A DNA stretch of 62,346 nt, counting the filler, from Phoronis australis (Eukaryota; Animalia; Phoronida), in the NCBI GenBank assembly GCA_002633005.1. It is 4 parts of 4 records of this genome, joined end to end, with 100 filler letters (N's around TTAATTAATTAA, not from the genome) between each part and the next. Parts side by side here need not be neighbours in the genome. Positions count along the whole stretch, not along the records: positions 15,719 to 35,157 come from NMRA01000703.1; positions 35,258 to 59,685 come from NMRA01000025.1; 2 more parts are not named here. One strand, given 5' to 3'. Each line of letters starts with the position of its first letter. Position 1 is the first letter of the stretch. The notes below the pieces were generated by a model. The model ran no database searches. It was given only the letters and a program-made list of their open reading frames with translations, and was not told the origin of the DNA. Positions 25,101-36,758 of the stretch are shown here, one piece after another. The translations under genes were made by a program, and so were the position numbers.

Positions 25101-25269
25101 GTCTTGACCTTCTTCGTTAATTATGAATTAATCCTGGCCTAGTTTGTACAAATCAGCACTATAAGTTGACCTTAGTATGTACATAATGGACTGTAAGTTG
25201 ACCTTAACTGATTCTTGACAAAATAAAAAGGTATTGTATTGTTGTGAGAACACTGTAATTATATGATCT

Positions 25270-25433
25270 GTACCGTACCTATTATTGGATTGGATAAAAA
25301 AATTGTCATCACCTGTCGTCAGCTTCATAGAAACACATTCTGCCAATTAATCTACATGTGCGGACGCTAGATGCCCAGACAGAGATGTCAGCAATATGAA
25401 CTCACATTATTATAAATATGTGAGTGCATAAAA
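25270..25433. mobile_element. Terminal remnant of the older HINE
   Basis: GGACGC..GACAGAGATG...CACAT..TATAAATATGTGAGTGCATAAAA is a diverged version of 23265-23339. Confidence 0.65.
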
Positions 25434-25440
25434 TGCTTAC

Positions 25441-25483
25441 TGTCAGTTCTTCCGTCGCTCAATGCTGGAAAGTTCTTGGCTTG
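25441..25483 (-). CDS. RUBCN: Rubicon 43-nt small exon (QAKNFPALSDGRTD)
   Basis: Acceptor tttctgtttgcag|25483 and donor 25441|gtaagc. Phase 0 to phase 1 exactly bridges exons 34172 and 16860, and LSDG.TD resembles a motif I recall from invertebrate Rubicon. Confidence 0.75.
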
Positions 25484-26228
25484 CTGCAAACAGAAATCAA
25501 AATTTAATACAGTTAGAAGCACCGTAAAATATAAGAAAAGGAAAGAGGGTTATAGGAAAAATTTATTTGCAAGGCACAGAATAAGAAAAAATCCATTAAA
25601 TTACACAAGATGACTCTAGATAGATGACAAGCGAGGAGGTAGTGTGTCCTAGTGAGACAAGTGTCTGCCTTTTTATTCAAGGTCGTGGATTGGAGTGCCA
25701 CTGGAGCCCACTGCTAGATCATTGAGTCGGGTATCTTAGTTCCTCCACTCGGTTTTAACTACATATTAATGAGGCATAAAAATGGTTGCATGTGATCAGT
25801 GCTATGTGCTCACATGAGCAACTAGAGCACGTACAACATGTACCAGACAATCTGCAATTATTTTTTAATATGACAAGTGCTTTTTTTACTTTAACAGTCC
25901 AAGTTAAAGGAGAATGCCACTTGATTTAATTAGTCTTTTTACCGTCTTAATCGGTCTATATCCACATCATCTCATATATGCTCAATCTTACCTCACCGAG
26001 AGGTGTCGCATTAACCCGTGACGAAGGTGAGAAACCGCGCAATGATGTCAGTGGTTCATCTGCAGAGTGAGTGCCGCTATGGTGTGGTGTGTCGTTTCCG
26101 CTTGTGCGAACTATGAAGCTGCGAGGAAAGCGAGTATATGGTTTTTTCCATTTGCTTGAGAGCCCATAATGCTTCAGAAGTTGCTCGCGGTAGTGAAGAA
26201 TTAAAAGTATACGGTTAATACCAAGTAT

Positions 26229-28180
26229 AGACCCAATTCACGCGGTGGACATTAAAATCCAAAGCGAGGCTCACTGCGATAAAAAAGCGGAAATTTACAT
26301 TGCGAGAGTTAAATGGCTGGTCTTTCGAATCCAACCTGAATATTAAATCTTAAAAAATGTGTCAATAATTAACCACAGAGACGTAGAAAAATACAGTTAA
26401 AGAACAAGTCAATGCACCAAAGAGTTGTCTGACGAAAGGATATTTTTTTTTGGAAAACTAGGTTCGAAACATGAAAAGTAAACATGGCCAAATTGCGGCG
26501 ATCGTAGTGTTACGGATTAGGTATCATGCTGAATGCAGGGTTACGTTTCTTCTAATAAATTCTTGACAAAAATGCTTTCTACACAAACCAGGTCATCTGG
26601 TCGTATTGTTGACGAGTTGAAGATATATTCGACAGTGGTGGCTCATAGCATTTTGCTGCCATGTGCAATTAGTCACATCTGCTTTAATTTGTTGATCAAG
26701 AGTAGGCCTATTAGCTTCCAGCATAGCCTAGGTCCTGGTGAGGTAGGCACTACCAGGACTAACAGTTGATTTGTCATTCATCTGAAATAATACTTGATGT
26801 TATTAAATAAATATTTTGATTACGATAAAAAACCAGGCTCGCAATTAAAAATAAAAATCATATGACCATCAATTCTGCTTTCTTGGTTTTAATAATTACG
26901 TCTATTTCATGTGTTATATTTCTCAAATATCAATCTCGACCAAGTTGAATTTTAAAACTAAAACACCTAATTCTTTTGTCCAACGCATAACCTCGTTTTA
27001 AAGCTCAATTTCAGTTAACTGAACAAAACACAGTGGTGGATTTAGAGGGGAGCCAAGGGGGCCATGCCCCCCTAAAATTCTCACGGATTCCATTTGGCAG
27101 TTCAGGAGCGCGAACGTCTGACGGGCAAAATCCTGGCTAATACTCTGCCTTGGTCTCCTCTAACTCAATGTCCTGGATCTCCCCTAGAACAAGCATAGTT
27201 ATCATGTTTGTTCAGAGGCCTCGTTCATATCTGAGGGGAAAGGTGCCAGTGTACGGCCTCTGACAGGGAACGTTTGGCCGAGTGACGGGTCAGTCACCAT
27301 CAATAACACCCCGCCCTGTTTCAACCTCTCATAGCTCTGTCTCAAGTAGCATTTTCAGTGGCTAATCTAAGATACCATGAGGGGGGCCAACATCCTCGAA
27401 GAAGCGGGCAAAGCGGGATTGTATGCACGCAGGCGGCCCGGAAGTTGCGGGCGCCAAGGATGTATACCTTCTGCTCAGGAAATCTGTCATTGGACTATAA
27501 AAAACGGAACATGTTTTTCCCCCTAGTCCGCTACCGGTCCTAGCTCGAACTCAGTATTTCCTCCGGGTTCACGTTTTGCTGGTTTATTTTGCTTGTGCCA
27601 GTCAAGGGGGGGGGGGGAGGGCGGGCCTCTAGGCCCCCCTAAATCCGCCTATGATTTTGTACTTTTTCAATGTCACCTCAGTGGTCACAGGTGATTTGAA
27701 CCATTGGAAAGAAATTTTCAATCACTAGGGAACTTTTAGGCCTCGTGGGGCCGGGAATTTCGCATGGAGAGGGGAATAGGGCCGATATTTGGCCCCAAAA
27801 CTGAGGGATTGAGGGCCCTGTCTTTTTTGTAAAGAAAAATGCATCGCGGTTCAACCCATAGTCATGAAAACACAGCCTGGCTGGCCGAAGATTCTCCGGT
27901 CCGGCGTTGCTATGGCGGCAACCGAGATGCGACAAATTATGACTCGAAAACAGTTATAAATTTTACATGGACATATTTTCCTTCGTCGCGGCGTATGGCA
28001 AGAACCCAACACTTCCGAATCCAAACGTCCTTAGGGATAGAAAAAGAGACAGTTGAGTGTCCATATTTTTCCTAGCTGTTCGAGCAATGCGGAGTACAAC
28101 TACACGGATAAGCCACCAGTGAGAGCTATCGTAGCGAGCCTCGATTTGAAACGCGCCTCCTGTCGGCGTGAATAGGGTCT
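26229..28180. mobile_element. Nested TIR element with AT target duplication (ISL2EU/Harbinger-like, non-autonomous)
   Basis: Ends AGACCCAATTCACGC and GCGTGAATAGGGTCT, with subterminal CGAGGCTCACTGCGATA/TATCGTAGCGAGCCTCG and AT on both flanks. Confidence 0.65.
27031..27187. mobile_element. MITE of the CAGTGGCGGAT family (diverged copy)
   Basis: Aligns along its length with the reverse complement of 39589-39752. Confidence 0.75.
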
Positions 28181-28369
28181 ATGAGGCCATGAAACTCCGT
28201 GTCTGTCAGAGGCCTACATTTCATCGGATAGGTTATTGATGAGTTTTTGATTATGGGGAATTGTAGTTGGCCATGAAAACACAATTACAATTAATTCAAG
28301 ACGTGAGAATATAAAGTTTTATATAACCTGTTTGATGACTGACTCGTTCATGAGGCTTCTGTTTGGGTC

Positions 28370-29590
28370 TCTGGGATGTATATTGTGCATTCGTCAATTT
28401 TAGTAAGGCATTTGACAGTGTAGATATTTCTCGTTTATGTTATGCCCTTTTAAGCAAAAGTTTGCATAGAAAAATGTTTAACATTTTGCGCAGTATGTAC
28501 GACTCTATACAATCGTGTGTTATGGTAGTCTCAAACCACACCCTATTTCAACTGTACAATCGGTGTCCGGCAACGATGTGTCACTGGCTGTTCTCGGTGT
28601 TTGTTAACACACTAGTGTCTGATATTAGAGAAATTGTAGGCAGAGGTATACGTGTCTCTCCGGGTTGTGATATAGGTTCTCTGTTTTTTGCTGATGATTA
28701 AGTGCTGGTGTCGAATACTGTTGCTGGGCTACTGATGAAGCTCAATGTCCTAGAAAAGTTTTGTCAAGATTGGAACTTGCAAGTTAATTTGGAGAAAACG
28801 AATGTTGTGGTATTTACTTTCAAATAATGAAAGGTGGGTTTTTGGTTACAAGAAAGTACTACAAATACCTACAAGTACCCAGGAGTCACATTCTCCTGCA
28901 GACTTAAATGGGAAGAGTGTTGTAGAGTACTTGTAAGCCAAGTTTGAAAGGCAATGAGCATTATTAAAGTCACTCTGTCGAAATTTAATTGTATTTCCCA
29001 TGGAGTGCATTTTACACTCTGACTCTATGATAATGCCCACATTAACATATTGTACAGAAATATGGGGAACATAAATGTGTAAATCTATTGAAAAAGTTCA
29101 TAATGATTTCTGTAAATATGTTCTGAGATTGAGTATTAAAACGCCAAATGCTATGGCTCGCGGTGAATGTGGGAGTCAATTATTACAAAATATATATGTA
29201 AACCAATTATCTAATGGGCAAAGTTACTTGATATGGAAGAACATACAGGTACCCACTGAAGTATTATAGTATGGAGGAACATATTAGGTACCCACTGAAG
29301 TGTTATAGTAAAGAGGAACATATTAGGTACCCACTGAAGTGTTATAGTATGGAGGAACATATTAGGTACCCACTGAAGTGTTATAGTACAGAGGAACATA
29401 TTAGGTACCCACTGAAGTGTTATGGTATGGAGGAACATATTAGGTACCCACTGAAGTGTTATAGTATGGAGGAACATACTAGGTACCCACTGAAGTGTTA
29501 TAGTATGGAGGAACATATTAGGTGCCCACTGAAGTGTTATAGTTTGCTTAGGGAACAAGGTGAATGGTAACCGTTCCTGGCTTCACCGTG
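28370..29590 (+). mobile_element. Degenerate non-LTR retrotransposon RT fragment (RTE-X-like)
   Basis: YCAFVNFSKAFDSV, KMFNILRSMY, LFSVFVN, SLFFADD, WNLQVNLEKT and IEKVHNDFCKYVL...TPNAMARGECG, with stops and frameshifts. Confidence 0.85.
29232..29545. repeat. 39-bp minisatellite, about 8 copies, derived from the LINE ORF
   Basis: Unit ATGGAGGAACATATTAGGTACCCACTGAAGTGTTATAGT (MEEHIRYPLKCYS). Confidence 0.92.
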
Positions 29591-31120
29591 TCAAAGAAAT
29601 TTCAACACCTCCGTCTGCCGTCAGGTGTCAGGTAAAGGAGATGTACTTGCTGTTATCGAGTGGAACTACTCAATCTAATTTGACACAAACTAGGTTGTTT
29701 TTTGGGTGGCATTCTCCTTTAATTGTACTTATAATTAAATATTTATTTGGCATTAATGACAATCATGTGTGTTCTTACTACTGAAAAACAACATCTGCAT
29801 GCCCGAACTTACCCGCCACCCATCCAAATCAGTTCTTATAAGTGACATAATATGTATTCCAAAATCAGATATTTTCTGTTGTATCATAACAAGCAAATCC
29901 AAAATCTGTACCTATGTAGAAGTTGACATTGGAAATTCTGTAGATTTGCATTGCTTGCTTACGAGCTCTTTGTTTTGTGACTCAAAATTTGCACAAAAAA
30001 GTAAAAGGCATAGTAACCAAAATTTCAAACCTGTACGACTGAATTGGGCACCCGACCTATACCCAAAATACAAAATTTCTCACTCAAAACTCAGTGGAAA
30101 TATACCCAACCTAGCCCGCGTATATGACCCCATGAAAAGTGAGAAAGTATTGAACGGCGTGCTGACCAGGAATATGATGTGTGGGAGCTGGGGTGAAGTG
30201 AAAACAATCACTATTTTGCAAACAGTTCTTCGTTCAGTTGCCCAAACCGGCACCTGGCCATAGTTGCACTGCTCGTGCCAGGATATAATATCTGACGAGC
30301 TGCATGAAGACTAATTCAAAATACTTGGCCACATGTTAAGAATCTTCCGATCACAGCCACAACTTTTCTTCCTAGCAAAATCAAATTTGAAACCATGAGA
30401 ATGCCATTAGCGTGCGTGAGAGAAGAATTTATTTGAAATTTCACGGCTGAGGGACACGCAGTACGTATATCAGATTAAGGCCGGAGAGGGAAAGGAACAG
30501 TTTGAAATAATGTGTGGGAGCGGGGCTGATCTCTGCAAGCAAATACTTACACAATGTGGATACTACAACACGCCCAAAGTGCCTGGAACTTGACCCGGGG
30601 GGAGGGGGGCTTCAAATCCGTGAGAGAGTAAAAACATGCATGAGAAAGGAATATTCGTATATTTTGTACATTGGCAATCCCGAGCGATGCACTGGAAAGG
30701 AAGTCTTTGTTCGTACGGCGTTCTTCTGTTGAGTCCAACTTGTTCAGTTGTATAGCACAACAACAAGTTGAATGGATGACCACTGTGGCCAATATCTTAC
30801 ACTAACAACTGATTAAGTCCATTCTGGCAATTAGGGTTTGAGGGTCAGCTCTCTTTTTTGATAATTGCTCTAATCTCTGATAAGATCCTATCTAGCCTGA
30901 TTGGGTTATGCCTTCAAAATACGTTAAGTTATAAAATAATTGAGCATAAACCAAATAACATTTCTTAATTCCTCATCAAATACTGATCATGCTTATGGTT
31001 TTTCAATCCCCAAAATCGCCCAACTACAACCAAAGTTAAGACAATGTATTCTGTCCGAACGTTAACGCACTAAATTTGACTGTGCTCACATGTGATCGTA
31101 ATAAGCCTGATGGATAATTG

Positions 31121-31308
31121 GTCTGCATGTTGTCCTACCAGACAAGACTCTGCATGTTGTCCTACCAGACAAGACTCTGCATGTTGTCCTACCAGACAAG
31201 ACTCTGCATGTTGTCCTACCAGACAAGACTCTGCATGTTGTCTTACCAGACAAGACTCTGCATGTTGTCCTACCAGACAAGACTCTGCATGTTGTCCTAC
31301 CAGACAAA
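31121..31308. repeat. 27-bp minisatellite, 7 copies
   Basis: Unit TCTGCATGTTGTCCTACCAGACAAGAC; it explains four overlapping spurious ORFs. Confidence 0.95.
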
Positions 31309-31981
31309 ACACTGTGCTTGGCAGAAAACAAAGGAGCTAGATGTTATCAGACGTTCACAATCGCTCTATGTCTGGTATAATCATTGAATGGGATAACACC
31401 CTGATGAACCTTAAAAATCTGTCATTTATTTACGAAACCAATGGGGTCATTTTTCACAGTAGTTCACATTAAATTTAGACCCCATTAAAAGCAACCCGAG
31501 TCATATTTTAATATCAAAAAGTTACCCCGTGTCATTTTCCAATACCACGAAAGTACGTACCACCCGAGCGAGTAACACATCCTTGTATACTTCTTGATAT
31601 ACTGTATTTGCATAGAGCGACACAAATTAAATGATAAATTTACGCGATCTTACTGGTTTCTCTTGAAAAAACAAAAAAATAAATGCTCGCAGTGCATTGA
31701 CAAGCGTGCAGAATCCACTGGTTGCAATCTTCTATTAGTTTGACGTCTTCCCTATCGACTTATTGACTCTTAAAAATGCATGTAAGTGTTGCATGTTTTT
31801 TATGTTTTTAAAAAAACTCACACTCTTCCACCTCTTTATTTGTTAGATATCGCGCTTTGAAAAGGGCAATTAAACCCCGTTTGTTTACACGGCGATTAAC
31901 TGTGTCATGTGACTAGGAACACTCTAATATGGCGTGAAGTTGTCAGCTGCAGTAGCGCGTGTGCCTGGTCTATAGTATTAA

Positions 31982-33659
31982 AGGAACATGCCACCCAAAA
32001 AACAACCTAATTTGTATCAATTTAGATCAAGTAGTTCTACTCCATAACGACAAGTGCGGTTGCGTTACCTGACACCTGACGGCAGGCTGAGGAGTTGAAA
32101 TTATCCAATTACGTCATCGGTTTCACACGCATTCTGTACAGCAGTTCACAACAGGGGTTACTGGTGTCAGCTTATCGCTTGGAATCATCGTTTAGCACCA
32201 ATAAATCATCAAAAATCGATGTAAAACCCTTAAAAATACACCGAGTTCTTACAAAAACGTGTTGTTTTATTTCGCTCTTACGGATTTATTGGTATTTGGA
32301 CACACCGTAGCCTACAAAGTTCGCAGGCCAATAACAGGTCCGTAGAAGGAGTTCGGGGTGTGTTCGGAGATAATTTCGAAGTTTTTTCCGTGTGATACAG
32401 ACAGGAGAACCTAGATCTGTGTTGTTTAGACTTGTGATTTTCTGAGTTCTAAACACAAAACGCTTGTTATCCTGGACAGTGGCTGGGAGCCCGATCAGGT
32501 CTGTCGCGGCCGGTTGAATTGACTCGTTATCCCGGCCAGTGGCTCGGAAACTGATCAGACATCACGAACAAATTAGCCAAAGTTCAGTGGAAACTAAACT
32601 TCCAGTCAAGAAAATATTATACTAGTGAGCCAAAGTAATGTGCACGTGATTATGTTGGTGAATTAGCCACGAAACTGCAAATCTACTTGCTTGTCGCCGG
32701 CGGTCGCGAATTCAGTTCCGCTTTGGCCACAGCACCGTCAGGGCAGAAGTTGTACATTGACAATCATTGTTTGAGTAATGTAAATGTAAATAAAGATTCC
32801 CCTAACACCTGGTCGTGGGGTGGAAATCGAGTTGTTTCACAACAGTTTCTGCCAGCAAACACTAAATTAGCATGAGCTCACACGGCCTCGAGGTGTCCCG
32901 TCAATTAGTTTTATTGCACCTAAAGCCGGTAACGCAGTGATTTATTCATTGCTGGCTTCTCAAATCATTTCATGCACTGAGGAACACTCCAAAGGCCTTA
33001 CAAATTGCATCTAATGAGACAGACTTTGTTTCAGTTTTATATAAGTATTGGTTAGGGTGAGAATAATTCATTTTGAAACAGAACGCTCAGTAATAAACGC
33101 CAACATGGCAACTCGCAATTCCGACTTAGGACGAGCTAGAGCGGCTCATCAATCCCGACTTCACAGGTGGATCGTCAAGTTTTACATGCTATCAATTCTA
33201 ACAGGAATACAGTGATGAAGAAATACTAGAGAGGCGCCGTGAACAAGCTCAAACAACGGAATGTATGGAGTTATTTGGTAAGCCGGCATTCGTGAGGCAC
33301 TGTCGATGTCGTCTGCAGGCCACAGACACGGAGATGTTTCACGGCCTCATACTTGCTATTTACAGCGTACATTTCATTCATGAGCCACTTCCTAAGCATT
33401 TTGGACTCTCGAGGAAGTTAAAACGATATACTCGCTTTCCTCGCAGCTGCTTAGTTCGGACAAGCGGGAACAATACACCGCAACATAGCGGCATTCACTC
33501 TTCATATGAACCACTGACGTCGCTAGCGTCGTTTCTCACCTTCCTCACAGGTTAACGCGACACCTCTTGGCAAGGTAAGGTCGACCATAAGCGAGACGAT
33601 GTGGAAATAGACCGATTAAGACGGCAAAAAAGACTAATTGAATTGGGTGGCATTCGCCT
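31982..33659. mobile_element. Kolobok-type DNA transposon copy B (1.68 kb, non-autonomous)
   Basis: TIRs AGGAACATGCCACCCAA and TTGGGTGGCATTCGCCT flanked by TTAA (31978-31981, 33660-33663). No intact transposase ORF. Confidence 0.85.
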
Positions 33660-34171
33660 TTAAGATGACTACAAGAAAGACATTCAGCAAGGTACAAAAA
33701 CAGTGCAACGCAGACATGCAGTTTTTTCACTAAATATGCTACAACATAATTAAACATTAATTACTTTTCATCTGTATTTCTTTTGAAAACTGATACTTTT
33801 AAGTGCCAGTTCTTTAGTTTTCATAAACAGAAAGTCACATAATGTCAGGTGAAATGTGTCAGTTTCCTAGTTTTATCTCATGTCACCTGATGCCAGCTTT
33901 GAACCACTCGTTACTTATTGCCCTCGCTTATTTAGAGAAAAAATCTATAGGCCATATTTAACTATAGCCTATCCAAAATACTTTACTCATTTGGGCTAAC
34001 ATCTATCCCATAATTTTCAACAAATGAATTCATTACATGTGGCCATGTTCTGTGACTGTTGTATTTCGTTCAAAACCCACACCCTAATTTTTGTAGTTTC
34101 TGAAATTCAAGGCTTCATACAAAAAAACAAGATGTCCTACGAGACGGACGTTCAGATTTCCCACAATGCAC

Positions 34172-34342
34172 CTCTTTCATTTTCTCCCGCCGCCTCAGTC
34201 GTATTCGTTGTTTTAGCTCACGAATCTCGTCATCCGACTCCTCATCTTCATCATACACAACAGGGGGCCTCAGTACCTGGTTCCACTTCATGAGCTCAGT
34301 GGCTGCTATTAATGCTTCACAGATACTGAAGTGAGCATTCTC
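34172..34342 (-). CDS. RUBCN: Rubicon exon (coiled-coil region)
   Basis: Acceptor cattgcag|34342, donor 34172|gtgcat, 171 nt, phase 0-0. [21 protein letters not shown]...[21 protein letters not shown] matches Rubicon ENAHFSISEsLIAAIELMK...DSD.EIqELKQkIRLRR. Confidence 0.93.
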
Positions 34343-34476
34343 CTGCAATGAATTCAGTTTTGTGTCACTGTTTAAAAAAATAAACTTCAAGAACCATTAT
34401 CTTCCACTTTTTATCTCCTACATTTACTTTTCTTGTATTGATCAGAATTACTGTAAAGAATTTGGATGCTGCAAAC

Positions 34477-34592
34477 CTTGTCTAGTTCGGCACATGTATT
34501 GAAGTCTTGTTGAGAAAGGAAACTGATCAGCGATTGGCCCTGGGCTGGCCTGGGAAACAACCCTTCACTCCCTGAGTAGAGTCGACCATCAC
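34477..34592 (-). CDS. RUBCN: Rubicon exon
   Basis: Acceptor gttggttgcag|34592, donor 34477|gtttgc. SEGLFPRPAQGQSLISFLSQQDFNTCAELDK matches Rubicon F.kP.eGQSLISyLS.QDF.sCAdLeK and joins the ENAHF exon in frame. Confidence 0.93.
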
Positions 34593-34615
34593 CTGCAACC
34601 AACAACATTTTCACT

Positions 34616-34810
34616 CAATGACTCATACACTAAACAACATCACACAATGACTCGCACACTAAACAATATCACACAATGACTCGCAAACTAAACAACACCA
34701 CACAATGACTCGCACACTAAACAACACCACACAATGACTCGCACACTAAACAACACCACACAATGACTCGCACACTAAACAACACCACACAATGACTCGC
34801 ACACTAAACA
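34616..34810. repeat. 29-bp minisatellite, about 7 copies
   Basis: Unit CAATGACTCGCACACTAAACAACACCACA, directly abutting a HINE end. Confidence 0.92.
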
Positions 34811-35157
34811 AGAGCAACGCAGAGCGTTGAAATGCGCCCACAATTGCACCGCATACGGTATCCTTCTTGGGTTGTTTATTGGTACCATAAAGTGACCAGT
34901 AGAGGGCACATATATAGTATGTTGTACTTTGCAAAATGGAAAGGCATGGTCATTGTCTCCTCAATAGGCTAGGGGCAAAATGTGAGTGATCTTCATAATA
35001 CAAGCACATCCTATACATAAGTTGCTTAAAGCACCACAGAAACATAGAATTAAAAACAAATTTACCAACATACGAGATTAGCACAGCATTACAATGCCAG
35101 AAACAAATTTCTACTTGGAACTTTTCCTTCATAGTCACGAAGTAACACAAAGTATAC
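34806..35157. mobile_element. HINE copy, cut by the gap
   Basis: Nearly identical to 22254-22590, with the same terminal hairpin and subTIR. Confidence 0.88.
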
Positions 35158-35257
35158 NNNNNNNNNNNNNNNNNNNNNNNNNNNNNNNNNNNNNNNNNNN
35201 NTTAATTAATTAANNNNNNNNNNNNNNNNNNNNNNNNNNNNNNNNNNNNNNNNNNNN
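35158..35257. other. Artificial contig spacer
   Basis: N-run, TTAATTAATTAA, N-run. Confidence 0.95.
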
Positions 35258-36425
35258 AGTGTGTGTGTGTGTGTGAGTGTGTGTGTGTGTTTGTCTTTCA
35301 TTGAAAAGTAAGCCGTTCTTGGCCTTAGATAGCTTGTTAAACTAACTTTCGTATTGTCTACATAGATGTCTTTCTTCAGATGGCAGTTGAAATAGTAGAT
35401 CGCCGAGTGTAAGTGGCATCACGAACACAAATATATGAGTATATATAAAATGAAACACAGTACAAAACATTTCATAATAAAACAGTTGCTGTACTTTGAC
35501 TAGACTTCAGTCATCCAAGGCAAATAAATTTAAAATCATAAACCCTATTGTGTATGATACATGAAACAAGAACAATGAAGAACGACATTTATGTAGACAA
35601 TACGAGTTTGTTGAACAAGCTATCTAAGGCCAAGAACAGTTTACTTTTCAATGAAACATGTATAAAAGAAAGTCTGCTACCCAAATACACAGATATATAC
35701 ATATATATAAGTTTGACTAATATTGGCTGCATCTTTCGTACATTTTTCAACTACATTGAATTAGGTAGACCTCATTTCCTACCTGAACAACAATTGCCAT
35801 AAACAGCTGATTAGGCTTCATTTTGGACTATAAAAACTCATGGTCAAAATTGCCACCAAAGTCTGGCTGACATGAAGAAACTGGTTGTGTAACCTAACTG
35901 TTCATTCTGTGACCGAAGTGCAATACAAACTGACAAAGGTGACTGGAATATTGGGAAAACACTCATATTGTGTTTTCACTCTCCAAAGTTTCCTGTTTCA
36001 TTTCAACCCATTGACATAACATAATTTTTTCAATGCCCAGAATAAGAGAAATGATGTAGTCCCAGTATAATAAAAGAAATGAACATAGTCCCAGTATAAT
36101 AAGAGAAATGACGTAGTCCCACTAGAATAAGAGAGAGCATGTAGCCCACTATAACGTATATCTCTAGGTCTTTCATTATCTCAGGAAATTTTTCACCACT
36201 TTTCAAAGGACCCCTGCATTTTTCTAGTTTTCATTATTTATTTCATTTTCCAGATAAACAATGGGTGGATACATGACTACATGGTACTGCAGCTGCAGCG
36301 GTACCGGCAGACCACCAGTGCTGGAGAGTACAAGGCGTGAACATTCAGGGCTTCCAGTATCCTGTATAAACCCATGCCTCACCATCTTTTCTGCAACCAA
36401 AAAGACGTAGTCTACCTGGACATAC

Positions 36426-36521
36426 CTTCACCATTCAGCTCCTCCTGTTGGCCATCATCAACAGTAGCTTTCTCAATATCTTGGCACAGCTCTGCCACAC
36501 CATTAGTCTCTACTTCTTCAG
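36426..36521 (-). CDS. METAP2: Probable METAP2 exon 2 (acidic N-terminal region)
   Basis: Acceptor tttgtttttgtag|36521, donor 36426|gtatgt, 96 nt, phase 1-1. AEEVETNGVAELCQDIEKATVDDGQQEELNGE resembles the V.Eva.qle..al.d segment after the first poly-Lys tract of MetAP2. No catalytic exons are visible. Confidence 0.55.
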
Positions 36522-36523
36522 CT

Positions 36524-36694
36524 ACAAAAACAAAGGTGTAGAGGGTCAATGAAGCAACTTGGACATAATACCCAGCAAATGCTAACAAAAACAAAGGTGT
36601 AGAGGGTCAATGAAGCAACTTAGACATAATACCCAGTAAATGCTAACAAAAACAAAGGTGTAGAGGGTCAATGAAGCAACTTAGACAAAAACAA
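36524..36694. repeat. 61-bp tandem repeat (2.7 copies) containing the exon-2 splice acceptor region
   Basis: ACAAAAACAAAGGTGTAGAGGGTCAATGAAGCAACTT recurs at 36524, 36585 and 36646. Confidence 0.88.
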
Positions 36695-36758
36695 GGTAAT
36701 AGTAGATTTAACTGAAAATATGTTGTTTTGTTTTCTTTTCTCCACGGTTAAAGTGTCA

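Larger units (their letters stand above)
25908..29718. mobile_element. Kolobok-type DNA transposon copy A, carrying nested insertions
   Basis: Perfect 13-bp TIR AGGAGAATGCCAC/GTGGCATTCTCCT with TTAA on both sides (25904-25907, 29719-29722). Both subterminal regions match copy B in reverse orientation. Confidence 0.85.

Noticed and set aside
33100-33560. Possible accessory ORF inside Kolobok copy B
   Set aside because: The frames are broken and no transposase or KolX motifs are convincingly present.
36290-36391. Possible third METAP2-like exon after acceptor ggttgcag on the minus strand
   Set aside because: It would leave an intron of only ~35 nt and hits a stop after 15 codons in the required phase, with no MetAP2 similarity.
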